Assembly (NCBI GenBank): GCA_040882375.1
Contig: JBBEBK010000008.1
Location: 1 to 46,895 of the forward strand
DNA length: 46,895 nt
Reading direction: 5' to 3'
Source: Chloroflexota bacterium
GTDB lineage: Bacteria > Chloroflexota > Limnocylindria > QHBO01
Part shown: piece by piece, positions 20,166 to 28,397 of the stretch
Layout: each line of letters starts with the position of its first letter
How positions within the stretch are numbered: position 1 is the first letter of the stretch
Notes under the pieces: generated by a model
The model's database searches: none
The model's input: the letters and a program-made list of their open reading frames with translations, nothing else
Told to the model about the DNA's origin: nothing
Translations under genes and position numbers: made by a program

Positions 20166-20228
20166 CCGATGACCAGGTGCCTGGGCGTGTAGGCTCGTCG
20201 CTCACCGATCACGCAGGAGGAGAACGCG

Positions 20229-20477
20229 ATGGGCAAGTTCATGGATGTGCACAGCGGATTCACCGGCCTCTCCCAGGAGGCACTGATGAAGGCACATAAC
20301 GGCGACCTGGCAATCGAGGCCGAGGAGGGCGTCCACTTCGAGACAGCGTGGGGCGACCCGGTCAGCGGCAAGGTCTTCTGCCTTTCAACCGGTCCGTCGA
20401 AGGAAGCCGTACAGCGTATTCACGAGCGCAACGGGATTCCGACCGACGAGATCTACGAGATCGTCACCGAAGTCTGA
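20229..20477 (+). CDS. DUF4242 / SCO4226-like small protein
   Basis: 82 aa. MGKFMDVHSG...HFETAWGDPVSGKVFCLSTGPSKEAVQRIHE matches my recollection of the DUF4242 family. An AGGAGGAG SD lies upstream. Confidence 0.65.
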   Translation: MGKFMDVHSGFTGLSQEALMKAHNGDLAIEAEEGVHFETAWGDPVSGKVFCLSTGPSKEAVQRIHERNGIPTDEIYEIVTEV

Positions 20478-20478
20478 T

Positions 20479-21231
20479 TCAGGGCAGCAGGAGCAGCTTC
20501 AGGCCGGCCAGCAGCAGGACCGCCGCGAGGGCGCGGCGCACCCACGGCGCTGGCATGCGGCGGCTGCCCAACTCTGAACCAACCACGCCGCCGATCGCCA
20601 CCGCCACCAGCCACAGCGGCAGCGCGGGGGGGAGTGAGCGGACTCTGGCGTAGTTGCCCGCCAGCCCGGAGATCGAGTTGGCCAGGATGAAGGCGGCCGA
20701 TGTGCCGGCCGCGAAGCGCGTCCCGGCCCATCCCGCGGCGAGCAGCAGCGGCGTGAGGAAGATGCCGCCACCGGTGCCGGTCAGCCCGGCCAGCAGACCG
20801 ATGCCGGCCCCGCTCGTCACCGCCGCGGGCACCGGCGCACGTGGTGCGAACTCGTCGCGCGGCCGCGCGGCGGTCAAGCCGAAGCGCGCCGCCGCAACCA
20901 GCAGCACGGCGCCCACCAGCGGCCGATAGACCTCGCCGGGAAGCGTCAGCGCGCCGCCGAGATAGGCCGCAGGGACAGATCCGGCGAGGAACGGGACGAG
21001 CGAGGCGGGCCGGACGAACCCAGCCCGCCAGAAGCGAAACGTGACGATGCTTGCGACACCGATGTTGAGGACCAGTGCGGTCGGCTTCATCACCTCCGGC
21101 GCCACACCTGTGAGCGCCATGGCCGCCAGGTACGCCGAAGCTCCTGCGTGGCCAACCGAGCCGTACAGGATCGCCGAGACCAGGAAGAGACCGGCAAGGA
21201 GCAGCGAATCTGCCGACAGAAGATCGGTCAC
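20479..21231 (-). CDS. TauE/SafE-family (DUF81) anion exporter membrane protein
   Basis: 250 aa with about 8 TM segments and an internally repeated G-rich pattern (GSVGHAGASAY, GLTGTGGGIFLTPLLL) typical of TauE/SafE. Confidence 0.8.
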   Translation of the reverse strand: MTDLLSADSLLLAGLFLVSAILYGSVGHAGASAYLAAMALTGVAPEVMKPTALVLNIGVASIVTFRFWRAGFVRPASLVPFLAGSVPAAYLGGALTLPGEVYRPLVGAVLLVAAARFGLTAARPRDEFAPRAPVPAAVTSGAGIGLLAGLTGTGGGIFLTPLLLAAGWAGTRFAAGTSAAFILANSISGLAGNYARVRSLPPALPLWLVAVAIGGVVGSELGSRRMPAPWVRRALAAVLLLAGLKLLLLP

Positions 21232-21249
21232 TCCCCGATCGTACCGGCG

Positions 21250-22422
21250 TCACGGCTGCCAGATGCGGGTCTCCGGGCGGAAGATTGCCCACGCGAACCA
21301 GAACGGAGAATCGGCCGCGACCGGTTCAAGCTGCCGACCGGTCAACGGACCGTCGGTCGCCAGACCGGTGAAGTCCCAGGTGCTGCCGGTCTGCCGATCG
21401 CGCATGGCGCCCTCGCCGGCAGCCTCGAAGTCGAGCAGTTCATCGTCGAGCTGCCGAACGAACGCGGCCGCGGACCCCACCTCGTCGCCGCCTGCTACGG
21501 TGTCGCCGCCGAGACCCGATACCACCCCGGGCCAGAACAGGATGACCAGCGGCACGCCGCCAACCTCGTCGTTGACGACTCGTTCGACCGCCAGGTCAGG
21601 GAACGGGTATGCCGCCGCCTCGTCTCCCAGTGCAACCGCGAGAACTCGCAGTTTGGGCGAGAGGCGGCCGTCCAGGAGGGTCACATCGTCGAGGAGAAAT
21701 GGGCTGGTGTCGATGTCGTCATAACCGATGTACGGGTTGCTCCCGTACGAGCGGTTGTGGCCGGTCTCTCGCGACAGTACGGTCCCCTCGGGGTAGCGCC
21801 CCGCAAACTGCTGCCAGCCCATCAGCTGCGACGGCAGGAACTCCAGCTGGCTCCCGGTCAGGGTCCCCACGATCGCCTCACCGGTGGCCTGCTGCCACCA
21901 GCTCTCGGTGGCTCGATCGAACATCACCATGTCGGAATGACGCAGTTTGCCGCTGACGCCGAATTGATGAACGGCCCCGTCCAGTCGCCGGTCGTACACG
22001 ATGGCGGTGTGGCACAGCGGGCAGAAGGTGACCGCGATCGGGATGTCAGCGAGGGTGTCGTTGGCGATCTCGTGCCAGATCAGGATCTGGATCGGGTAGG
22101 CACGCGCCTCGCCGTTGATCTCGACGGCGATCACCGGTTCGCTCGCTGCCAGCCAGGTCACGTCGCCCACGCGCTCGTACTGGGACGCGTCCAGCGCCGG
22201 GATCCCGTCCTTGCCGGGGCCGCCGCTGATGATCTCGGTGAACGGGACCGAGTGGATCGAGAAATCGGTCGCCCATCCCGCCGTGCTGAAGCGTGGCGCG
22301 TCGTCCTCCGATGGCGCCGCGCTCGGAACGTCAGAGGCCGCCTGGCTGCCGCTCGGCCCGCCGCATGCGCCGAGCACGACACCGGCCATGATCACCGTTG
22401 GGAGGATAAGCCCGCGATGCAT
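21250..22422 (-). CDS. DUF3179-domain secreted lipoprotein
   Basis: Lipobox VVLGAC. The core VTFCPLCHTAIVYDRRL...SGKLRHSDMVMFDRATESWWQQATGEA matches the DUF3179 family as I recall it. Confidence 0.7.
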   Translation of the reverse strand: MHRGLILPTVIMAGVVLGACGGPSGSQAASDVPSAAPSEDDAPRFSTAGWATDFSIHSVPFTEIISGGPGKDGIPALDASQYERVGDVTWLAASEPVIAVEINGEARAYPIQILIWHEIANDTLADIPIAVTFCPLCHTAIVYDRRLDGAVHQFGVSGKLRHSDMVMFDRATESWWQQATGEAIVGTLTGSQLEFLPSQLMGWQQFAGRYPEGTVLSRETGHNRSYGSNPYIGYDDIDTSPFLLDDVTLLDGRLSPKLRVLAVALGDEAAAYPFPDLAVERVVNDEVGGVPLVILFWPGVVSGLGGDTVAGGDEVGSAAAFVRQLDDELLDFEAAGEGAMRDRQTGSTWDFTGLATDGPLTGRQLEPVAADSPFWFAWAIFRPETRIWQP

Positions 22423-22482
22423 GCCACTACCGTGGCAGGCGCGCGCGCCCTGCGCTGTAAGGCCGCTGACGCGGCCTGAGGT

Positions 22483-23832
22483 TCAGCCGCCCGCGGCCTC
22501 GATGAACAGAAAGCCCAGCACCCGGGCGACCGTCGGAAAGGCGTGGATCGTGTCGGCCAGTACCGCGAGCGGTGTCTGCACCTTCACCGCCAGGACCGCC
22601 TCGTGGATCGCCTCGCTGGCGCCCGGACCTGCGATGAAGGCCCCGATCAGGGTGCCCGCGGCGCGGTCGATCACGATCGTGACGTGTCCCGCGGCCTCGG
22701 CGGCGTAGCCCTTGGCGCTGGTGGCGAGGTCGGCGGTGAACTCCTCCGCGTCGATGCCCTGCTCGCGCGCCTGCTCCAGAAGCAGCCCGACCGAGCCGGT
22801 CTCCGGATCGGTATAGACGGCGCGCGGGATGGCGCGGTAATCGGGGGCGACGTCATCTCCGAGCGCGATCCTCGCCGCCATCTCACCCTGGTAGTGGCTG
22901 ACGTGGGTGTGCATCTCCGGTCCGGCGGGGTCGCCGGCCACGAACAGCCCCGGCGCGAGCCGAAGGTGTGCGTCCGGCGCCAGGCGGCCCGACGACGCAT
23001 CCAGGCCGACCGTCTCAAGTCCCAATTCGCCGAGTGGCAGCGCCCGTCCGATCGCGAGCAGAACCGCCGCTCCCTCAACCGAGCCACCGTCCTCCAGCAC
23101 GAACCGGTGCCGGCCGTTGGTGCCCGCGCCGGCCTCGGCACGCACGGCTCGGCCACCGGTACGGATCACCACCCCGTCGCGCTCGAGCCCGGCTGCGACC
23201 GCCGCCGAGGTGCGAGGGTGGTCGCGCGGCAGGATTCGATCACCCGGCACAACGAGCGTCACGGGCACCCCGTACCTCGCATACGCCTGGGCGAGCTCGA
23301 CTCCGGTCGGTCCGGCGCCCAGGATCAGGAGGCTTTCCGGCAGCTCACGCGTCCCGGTGGCCTCGCGGTTGGTCCAGTAGGGCACCTCGGCGAGACCGGG
23401 CATGTCGGGGACCTTGCTGTCCGACCCCACGGCCAGGATCACCGCGCCGGCCTCGAGCCGATGTTCCACGGCGTCGTGCGTCACGAGGACACGCCCCGGA
23501 CCGTCGAGGCGAGCGCTGCCGCGCATTGTGACCGCGCCCGCGGCTTCCAGGTCGGTCTTGTGACGAGAGTCATCGGGGTAGTCCCGGTCCTCGCGGCTGA
23601 TCATCCAGTCTCGGCGATCCGACGCCTTCGGCCAGGGATAGTCGCCACCTGCCGCATGGACGGCTGCCGAGTGCAGGAGCGATTTCGACGGCATGCAGGC
23701 GAAGAACGGGCACGCGCCGCCGAACAGGTCGCGGTCGATGACCGCGACCGATGCGCCGCGCTTGCGTGCGGCAAACGCCGCCGCCTCGCCGGCCGGGCCG
23801 GCGCCAATGATTACGAGGTCGTATCGGTCCAT
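22483..23832 (-). CDS. flavoprotein disulfide reductase (dihydrolipoyl dehydrogenase / glutathione reductase family), substrate unknown
   Basis: Start at ATG 23832 (MDRYDLVIIGAGPAGEAAA). The redox-active disulfide is GGACPFFACMPSK. Second dinucleotide fold LLILGAGPTGVELA. The C-terminal dimerisation domain carries HAFPT. There is no C-terminal Cys pair. Confidence 0.85.
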   Translation of the reverse strand: MDRYDLVIIGAGPAGEAAAFAARKRGASVAVIDRDLFGGACPFFACMPSKSLLHSAAVHAAGGDYPWPKASDRRDWMISREDRDYPDDSRHKTDLEAAGAVTMRGSARLDGPGRVLVTHDAVEHRLEAGAVILAVGSDSKVPDMPGLAEVPYWTNREATGTRELPESLLILGAGPTGVELAQAYARYGVPVTLVVPGDRILPRDHPRTSAAVAAGLERDGVVIRTGGRAVRAEAGAGTNGRHRFVLEDGGSVEGAAVLLAIGRALPLGELGLETVGLDASSGRLAPDAHLRLAPGLFVAGDPAGPEMHTHVSHYQGEMAARIALGDDVAPDYRAIPRAVYTDPETGSVGLLLEQAREQGIDAEEFTADLATSAKGYAAEAAGHVTIVIDRAAGTLIGAFIAGPGASEAIHEAVLAVKVQTPLAVLADTIHAFPTVARVLGFLFIEAAGG

Positions 23833-23951
23833 GAAGACTCCAGTGGGTGCTGTCCTGCCCAGTCTGCCGCAGCCGGGCTGTGGGGCAACTGACATTGGCA
23901 GGCCGGTGTCATGATACGGACCATGCATGCGTCGGCAGGGAATCTGCTCTC

Positions 23952-24704
23952 GTGAAGCGTCTCTTCGGATCGGGCCCCTCGAGACGGTCCGACGCGTCGT
24001 TCCAGCCGCTCGCCGATGACGAGCTGCGAGCCGGGCTGCTCCGCGAGGTGGACCTGTTCGCGGGCCTCTCGGACGCTGATCTGAAACAGATCAGCGTCAG
24101 CCTGCCGATGGCGACCTGTCTCCGTGGCGGGCTGATCACCTCGCCGGACGACGACGACGAGCGGCTCTACATCGTGAAGAGCGGACGCGTGCGGCTCTAC
24201 CGATTGACGGCCGATGGTCGCCAGCTGACCCTCGACATCCTGGACAAGGGTCGCGTGGTGGGTCGCATGAACTGGCTCGGTCAGCAGCTCGCCGACACGT
24301 ACGCGGAGGCGATCCAGGACGCGCTCATCTGCAGCTTCACCCCGGCCGAGCTGCAGCAGCTGATCGACCGCCACCCGGCCATCGGGATGAACATCATCCG
24401 ATACCTCTCGGAGCGCCTTGCCAGCTCGGAACGCGAGCGTGAGATCATGGCCTACCGGACGGTGGAGCAGCGGCTCGCCGCCCGGCTGCTCGACCTGGCT
24501 GCGCGCTTCGGGCAGCAGACCGATACGGGGCTGGCGATCGACGCGCGCCTCACCCAGCAGGAGCTGGCCGACATGATCGGCACCAGTCGGGAGACGTTGG
24601 CGCTCACCGTCTCCAGGCTCCGGGAGCAGCATGTCCTGGAGATGGCAAACCAGCGCGTGGTGATCCTGGACAGACCGGCGCTCGAGGTGCTTGCGGGCGA
24701 CTGA
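23952..24704 (+). CDS. Crp/Fnr-family transcriptional regulator (cNMP-binding type)
   Basis: The cNMP-binding beta-barrel (LFAGLSDADLKQI..., RLYIVKSGRVRLYR) is followed by the HTH TQQELADMIGTSRETLALTVSRLRE. There is no FNR-type Cys cluster. GTG 23952 is preferred over ATG 23847, which would leave only 14 nt to the divergent gene. Confidence 0.85.
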   Translation: MKRLFGSGPSRRSDASFQPLADDELRAGLLREVDLFAGLSDADLKQISVSLPMATCLRGGLITSPDDDDERLYIVKSGRVRLYRLTADGRQLTLDILDKGRVVGRMNWLGQQLADTYAEAIQDALICSFTPAELQQLIDRHPAIGMNIIRYLSERLASSEREREIMAYRTVEQRLAARLLDLAARFGQQTDTGLAIDARLTQQELADMIGTSRETLALTVSRLREQHVLEMANQRVVILDRPALEVLAGD

Positions 24705-24764
24705 CGGCCGCCTGTTGCGCTCCTTACAGCGACAACGCCGGTCACGCCACAGGATGGCCGCATC

Positions 24765-25550
24765 ATGAGCCAACGCATCCGACGCGACCTGCTCGGGCTG
24801 GCGCCGCGGGCCACCCTGCCGGTCCCGGCGGTGGACGCGGCCACCATGCTCGCGGTCGATCGCCTCACCACTGATGGCATCGGCCTGAGCCTGCTCCAGA
24901 TGATGGAGAACGCCGGCCGCGAGCTCGCGACCCTGGGGCGCTCCGCAATGGGCGGCGAGGCGGAGGGCCGACGGGTGGTGGTCCTGGCCGGCAGCGGCAA
25001 CAACGCGGGAGGCGGCCTGGTGGCAGCCCGGCGACTCGCCGGATGGGGTGCATCGGTCACCGTCCTGTTTGCGCAGCCGGTGCTGCGCCTGAGGCCGGGA
25101 CCGTGCGCTCAGCTGGAGAGCGTCATCGCATCGGGCAGCCGTCTGGCGGTGGTCGGCCACGATTTCAGCGTGGAGGAGGCGCGCCGCGAAGTGCGCGCGG
25201 CCGACCTCGTGCTCGACGCGCTGATCGGCTATTCGCTGAGCGGCTCCCCCAGCGAGCCGTATCAGGGTCTGATCGCCCTCGCCGCGCAGACTGAGGCGGT
25301 CGTCCTCAGCCTTGATCTGCCGTCTGGGCTCGACGCCAGCACAGGCGCGACCCCCGGCGTCGCGATTCGCGCTGACGTCACGCTGGCCGTCGCGCTTCCA
25401 AAGCTCGGCACCCAGCTCGGGCATGGGCCGCGGCTGACCGGAGTCCAGTACCTGGCCGACATCGGCATTCCGGCGTCCGCCTTCCGAGAAGTGGGGGTCG
25501 AGGTCGGGCCGATCTTCTCTGCCTCGGGCCTCATCGAGCTGGCGAGCTGA
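24765..25550 (+). CDS. nnrE: NAD(P)H-hydrate epimerase (YjeF N-terminal domain)
   Basis: LMENAGRELA...VVVLAGSGNNAGGGLVAARRLAGWGASV...DALIGYSLSG is the YjeF_N signature. No fused NnrD domain. Confidence 0.8.
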   Translation: MSQRIRRDLLGLAPRATLPVPAVDAATMLAVDRLTTDGIGLSLLQMMENAGRELATLGRSAMGGEAEGRRVVVLAGSGNNAGGGLVAARRLAGWGASVTVLFAQPVLRLRPGPCAQLESVIASGSRLAVVGHDFSVEEARREVRAADLVLDALIGYSLSGSPSEPYQGLIALAAQTEAVVLSLDLPSGLDASTGATPGVAIRADVTLAVALPKLGTQLGHGPRLTGVQYLADIGIPASAFREVGVEVGPIFSASGLIELAS

Positions 25551-25679
25551 ATCTGCAGCGTTGTTCCGTCGCAGCAGGTCGATCACCCGGGCGGCGCTTC
25601 AGCTGAAATCCTCGCTCTCGGACCCGCCACCGTCAGCGGGCTCACAGCGCAGAACTCGTCCCGCCGACAGACTCGGCCC

Positions 25680-25946
25680 ATGCAGATCCTTCGTTCCCTG
25701 ATGCCGTCAGCGTCGGCATGTGATCACGTTCCTTCTGACCTTCCGACTCCAGCCGCGGATCGCTGCGAGGAGTGCGGCTCCGGATTCAACCTGCGGATGT
25801 GCACCAGCTGCGGTCACGTCGGCTGCTGCGAATCGCAGGCGGGACACGCGCGCGCCCATTCCCATCGCACGGGCCATCCGGTCATCAGGTCGATGCCGGT
25901 CAGCGGTGGATTCACCTGGTGCTATCTGGAGAACCGATACGTCTGA
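25680..25946 (+). CDS. UBP-type zinc-finger domain protein
   Basis: CEECGSGFNLRMCTSCGHVGCCESQAGHARAHSHRTGHPV shows the Cys/His spacing of zf-UBP. Confidence 0.75.
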   Translation: MQILRSLMPSASACDHVPSDLPTPAADRCEECGSGFNLRMCTSCGHVGCCESQAGHARAHSHRTGHPVIRSMPVSGGFTWCYLENRYV

Positions 25947-25953
25947 GCGACCG

Positions 25954-25979
25954 GCGTCGCGGTGGCGCGTCGCGGTGGC
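25954..25979. repeat. perfect 13-bp tandem duplication
   Basis: GCGTCGCGGTGGC occurs at 25954-25966 and again at 25967-25979. The first copy starts 8 nt after the zf-UBP stop codon. Confidence 0.9.
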
Positions 25980-26165
25980 GCATGGATCCGCTCCGCGATA
26001 TGCTTCGCCGATCATGAAGCAGGACCTCGTCGTGCCCACCGCCCGGCACCGTGCCCCCAGCGCGGCCGACCTGCTCTCGCGCCTCGAGGGCGAACCCTCG
26101 GCGTGTACGCAGCGGGGAGCCGCCGCGTAACTTCTCCCTCGGCGCGCATCGGCGCCGCGCGATTC

Positions 26166-26213
26166 CGGTTCCTCGCATCTGTCTCGCCTCTTCTCCACGC
26201 CCACGAGGAACCG
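26166..26213 (+). promoter_or_regulatory. leader hairpin able to sequester the Shine-Dalgarno of the DUF4395 gene
   Basis: CGGTTCCTCG (26166-26175) is the exact reverse complement of CGAGGAACCG (26204-26213). The 3' arm contains the GAGGAA SD and ends 1 nt before ATG 26214. The loop is 28 nt and pyrimidine-rich. Confidence 0.4.
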
Positions 26214-26774
26214 ATGTCCGTCTTCAACCGCCCCGTCACTGTTCCCGCCACCCTTGCCCCCTCCGCTCGTCCAGCCGCAGGTCGCTGGATCGATCCGCGC
26301 GCACAGCGCTTCGGCGCGGCGGCCTCCGCGCTGGCCCTGGCCATGGCGACCACGCTGAATGCGTGGCCGATCGCCGCGGCGGTTGGCATGGCCATGGCCC
26401 TCTCGGCTGGCCTCGGGACGCGCTGGTTCGCCCTTTCGCGGCCGTGGCCGCTCATCCGAGCGGCGCTGCGCCTGCCCGCATCGGAGTTGGAGCACGAGAT
26501 GCCACCCCGCTTCGCCCAGGCGCTGGGTGCAACGTTCCTCGTCCTCGGCTCTGCGCTTCTGGCGGGCGGCGTGGCCCCGTGGGGTTGGCTGCCCGTTCTC
26601 GCGGTGATCGGTCTGCAGGTGCTCCTGGCGGCCACCGGCTTCTGCGTCGGCTGCCGCCTCTTCCTCCTGCGCTGGTGGGTGCCCGACCTATTTGCGCGTC
26701 TCGTCGGGCGTGGCGTCACGCGAGAAGCGCTGATCTACATCGACCTCCCAGCAGGTCGCGGCGGCGGTCAGTAG
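26214..26774 (+). CDS. DUF4395-domain membrane protein
   Basis: ATG 26214 lies within track ORF 25962-26774. Four hydrophobic segments. PPRFAQALGATF and a C-terminal GFCVGCRLF CxxC motif match my recollection of DUF4395. Confidence 0.65.
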   Translation: MSVFNRPVTVPATLAPSARPAAGRWIDPRAQRFGAAASALALAMATTLNAWPIAAAVGMAMALSAGLGTRWFALSRPWPLIRAALRLPASELEHEMPPRFAQALGATFLVLGSALLAGGVAPWGWLPVLAVIGLQVLLAATGFCVGCRLFLLRWWVPDLFARLVGRGVTREALIYIDLPAGRGGGQ

Positions 26775-27130
26775 CTGAGGACGCGGTCCGCTTCGAAGGT
26801 CAGCTCGACGAGCCGATCGGGCGGGACGAACTCGACGACCTTGTCGCCGAGAGCCTCGGGCGAGACCCCGCGCGCCTTGCTCGACATCCCCGACAGGAAG
26901 AACCTGGCGCCTCCGGCATTCAGCGCGTCGTAGTGCTCGCGCAGGCTCCCCGTGCCGATGCCGTGCAAGGCGTCCATCGTCCCGTCGCGAAGCAGGCCAA
27001 CGGCGTCCCCGGCCAGGAAGAGGTCGACGTCGAGGCCCTTCGCCTGCGCCGTTCGCGCAACGAGGAATGCGAGAGCAGCTCGCGTCGGGTTCTCAGGGCC
27101 GGTCGATAGGTGGACGAGGAGTCGGGTCAT
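26768..27130 (-). CDS. DsrE-family fold protein lacking any cysteine
   Basis: ATG 27130 is preceded by GGAGAA. LLVHLSTGPENPTRAALAFLVARTAQAKGLDVDLFLAGDAV is a DsrE-like N-terminus. The position of the usual active-site Cys reads LSGMSSKARG. The 120-aa translation contains no Cys. Confidence 0.65.
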   Translation of the reverse strand: MTRLLVHLSTGPENPTRAALAFLVARTAQAKGLDVDLFLAGDAVGLLRDGTMDALHGIGTGSLREHYDALNAGGARFFLSGMSSKARGVSPEALGDKVVEFVPPDRLVELTFEADRVLSY

Positions 27131-27186
27131 CGGAGAGTTCTCCATGCGGATACGTGGCGGTGCTGCAGCAGGCGGCATGGTAGCCC

Positions 27187-28386
27187 TCAGCCGCTGAGCT
27201 CGCGACCGCCGATCCAGGTGCGTGACGGACGCACCGCCCCGAGGTTCAGAGCGAAGGCGCCCTCATGTTCTGCGTTCCAGGCGACGAGGTCGGCGTCCGC
27301 GCCCTCGGCGATCACGCCGCGGCGGCCGGTCAAACCAAGGGCCGCAGCCCCGCCCGCGGTTGCCGCGCTGACCGCCTCAGCGACCGTCATGCCGAGCAGC
27401 ATGGCGCCCAGGCCGATCACCAGCGGCATCGCCCCCCACGCGCCGAATGTGCCGGCATTGGCGTCGCTGGCAAGGGCCACCGTGACCCCGGCGTCGAGCA
27501 GCGCGCGGGCTGGCGGCATCCGATCACGCATGACCAGCGCCGGGCCCGGCAGGAGCGTGGCGACCGTTCGGGAGGAGGCCAGCGCGGCTACGCCGGCATC
27601 GTCGAGCTGCTCCAGGTGGTCCACGCTCACAGCGCCGAGGCGCACCGCCAGTTCCGTGGCACCGGTGCGCGCCAGCTGGTCAGCGTGCATGCGGATTCCC
27701 AGACCCGCGGCCGCCGCCGCACGCAACACGCGCTCAGAGTCTGACGGCGAGAAGAAGCCGCGGTCGCAGAAGACGTCGCAGAACTCCGCCAGCCCCGCAG
27801 CGGCCACGGCCGTAATCATCTCATCGGCGACGACCGCCGCGTGATCGGCCGCCGATGCCGCCTCTGGTGGAACGGCGTGTGCGCCGAGGAACGTGCGGAC
27901 CACCCGGACCGCCAGCCCATCGGCCGCCTCGCCGATCAGCCGCAGCGCGCGCAACTCCTCGTTGGTCGAGAGGCCATATCCGGACTTGCACTCGATGGTG
28001 GTGACCCCGCTTCCCAGCGAGGCACGCAGGCGCGAGCCGATCAGCCTGCGCAGATCGTCGTCTGACGCGGCCCGCGTCGCGGCCACGGTGCGCAGAATCC
28101 CGCCGCCGGAATAGGCAGCGCTCTCCAGCCGTGCGGCGGCCTCATCGGAGCGATCCCCGGCGAAGGCAGGGTGGGTGTGGGCATCCACCAGCCCGGGCGT
28201 GACCAGGGCGGTGCCGAGATCAACCGTGGAATCGGCTGCCGGGGCATCGGCCAGCGGACCGACCCACGCGAAGAGGCCATCGCGGACGAAGATCGCCCAG
28301 GGACCCGGCCCGTCGTACGGCCGAGGAGTCAGCAACCGGCCGCGGCCGGTGAGGAGCAGGGTGCCGTCTGGCATCGGTCGAACCAT
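27187..28386 (-). CDS. hutI: imidazolonepropionase (amidohydrolase superfamily)
   Basis: LVTPGLVDAHTHP, ECKSGYGL, FCDVFCDRGFFS, MHADQL and ALASDANAG are HutI-type motifs. Start at ATG 28386, or alternatively 28374. The longer track ORF is an antisense extension into the EamA gene. Confidence 0.85.
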   Translation of the reverse strand: MVRPMPDGTLLLTGRGRLLTPRPYDGPGPWAIFVRDGLFAWVGPLADAPAADSTVDLGTALVTPGLVDAHTHPAFAGDRSDEAAARLESAAYSGGGILRTVAATRAASDDDLRRLIGSRLRASLGSGVTTIECKSGYGLSTNEELRALRLIGEAADGLAVRVVRTFLGAHAVPPEAASAADHAAVVADEMITAVAAAGLAEFCDVFCDRGFFSPSDSERVLRAAAAAGLGIRMHADQLARTGATELAVRLGAVSVDHLEQLDDAGVAALASSRTVATLLPGPALVMRDRMPPARALLDAGVTVALASDANAGTFGAWGAMPLVIGLGAMLLGMTVAEAVSAATAGGAAALGLTGRRGVIAEGADADLVAWNAEHEGAFALNLGAVRPSRTWIGGRELSG

Positions 28387-28397
28387 ACTCCCGCGCG

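Noticed and set aside
22483-23832. Mercuric reductase (MerA) assignment for the flavoprotein disulfide reductase
   Set aside because: It has no C-terminal Cys-Cys pair and no N-terminal heavy-metal-binding domain, and no merR/merT/merP genes are nearby. Only the generic family can be called.
26014-26130. 38-codon ORF (MKQDLVVPTARHR...) in the leader region of the DUF4395 gene
   Set aside because: It has no SD and no recognisable features, and it lies within a larger shadow frame. It cannot be supported from sequence alone.
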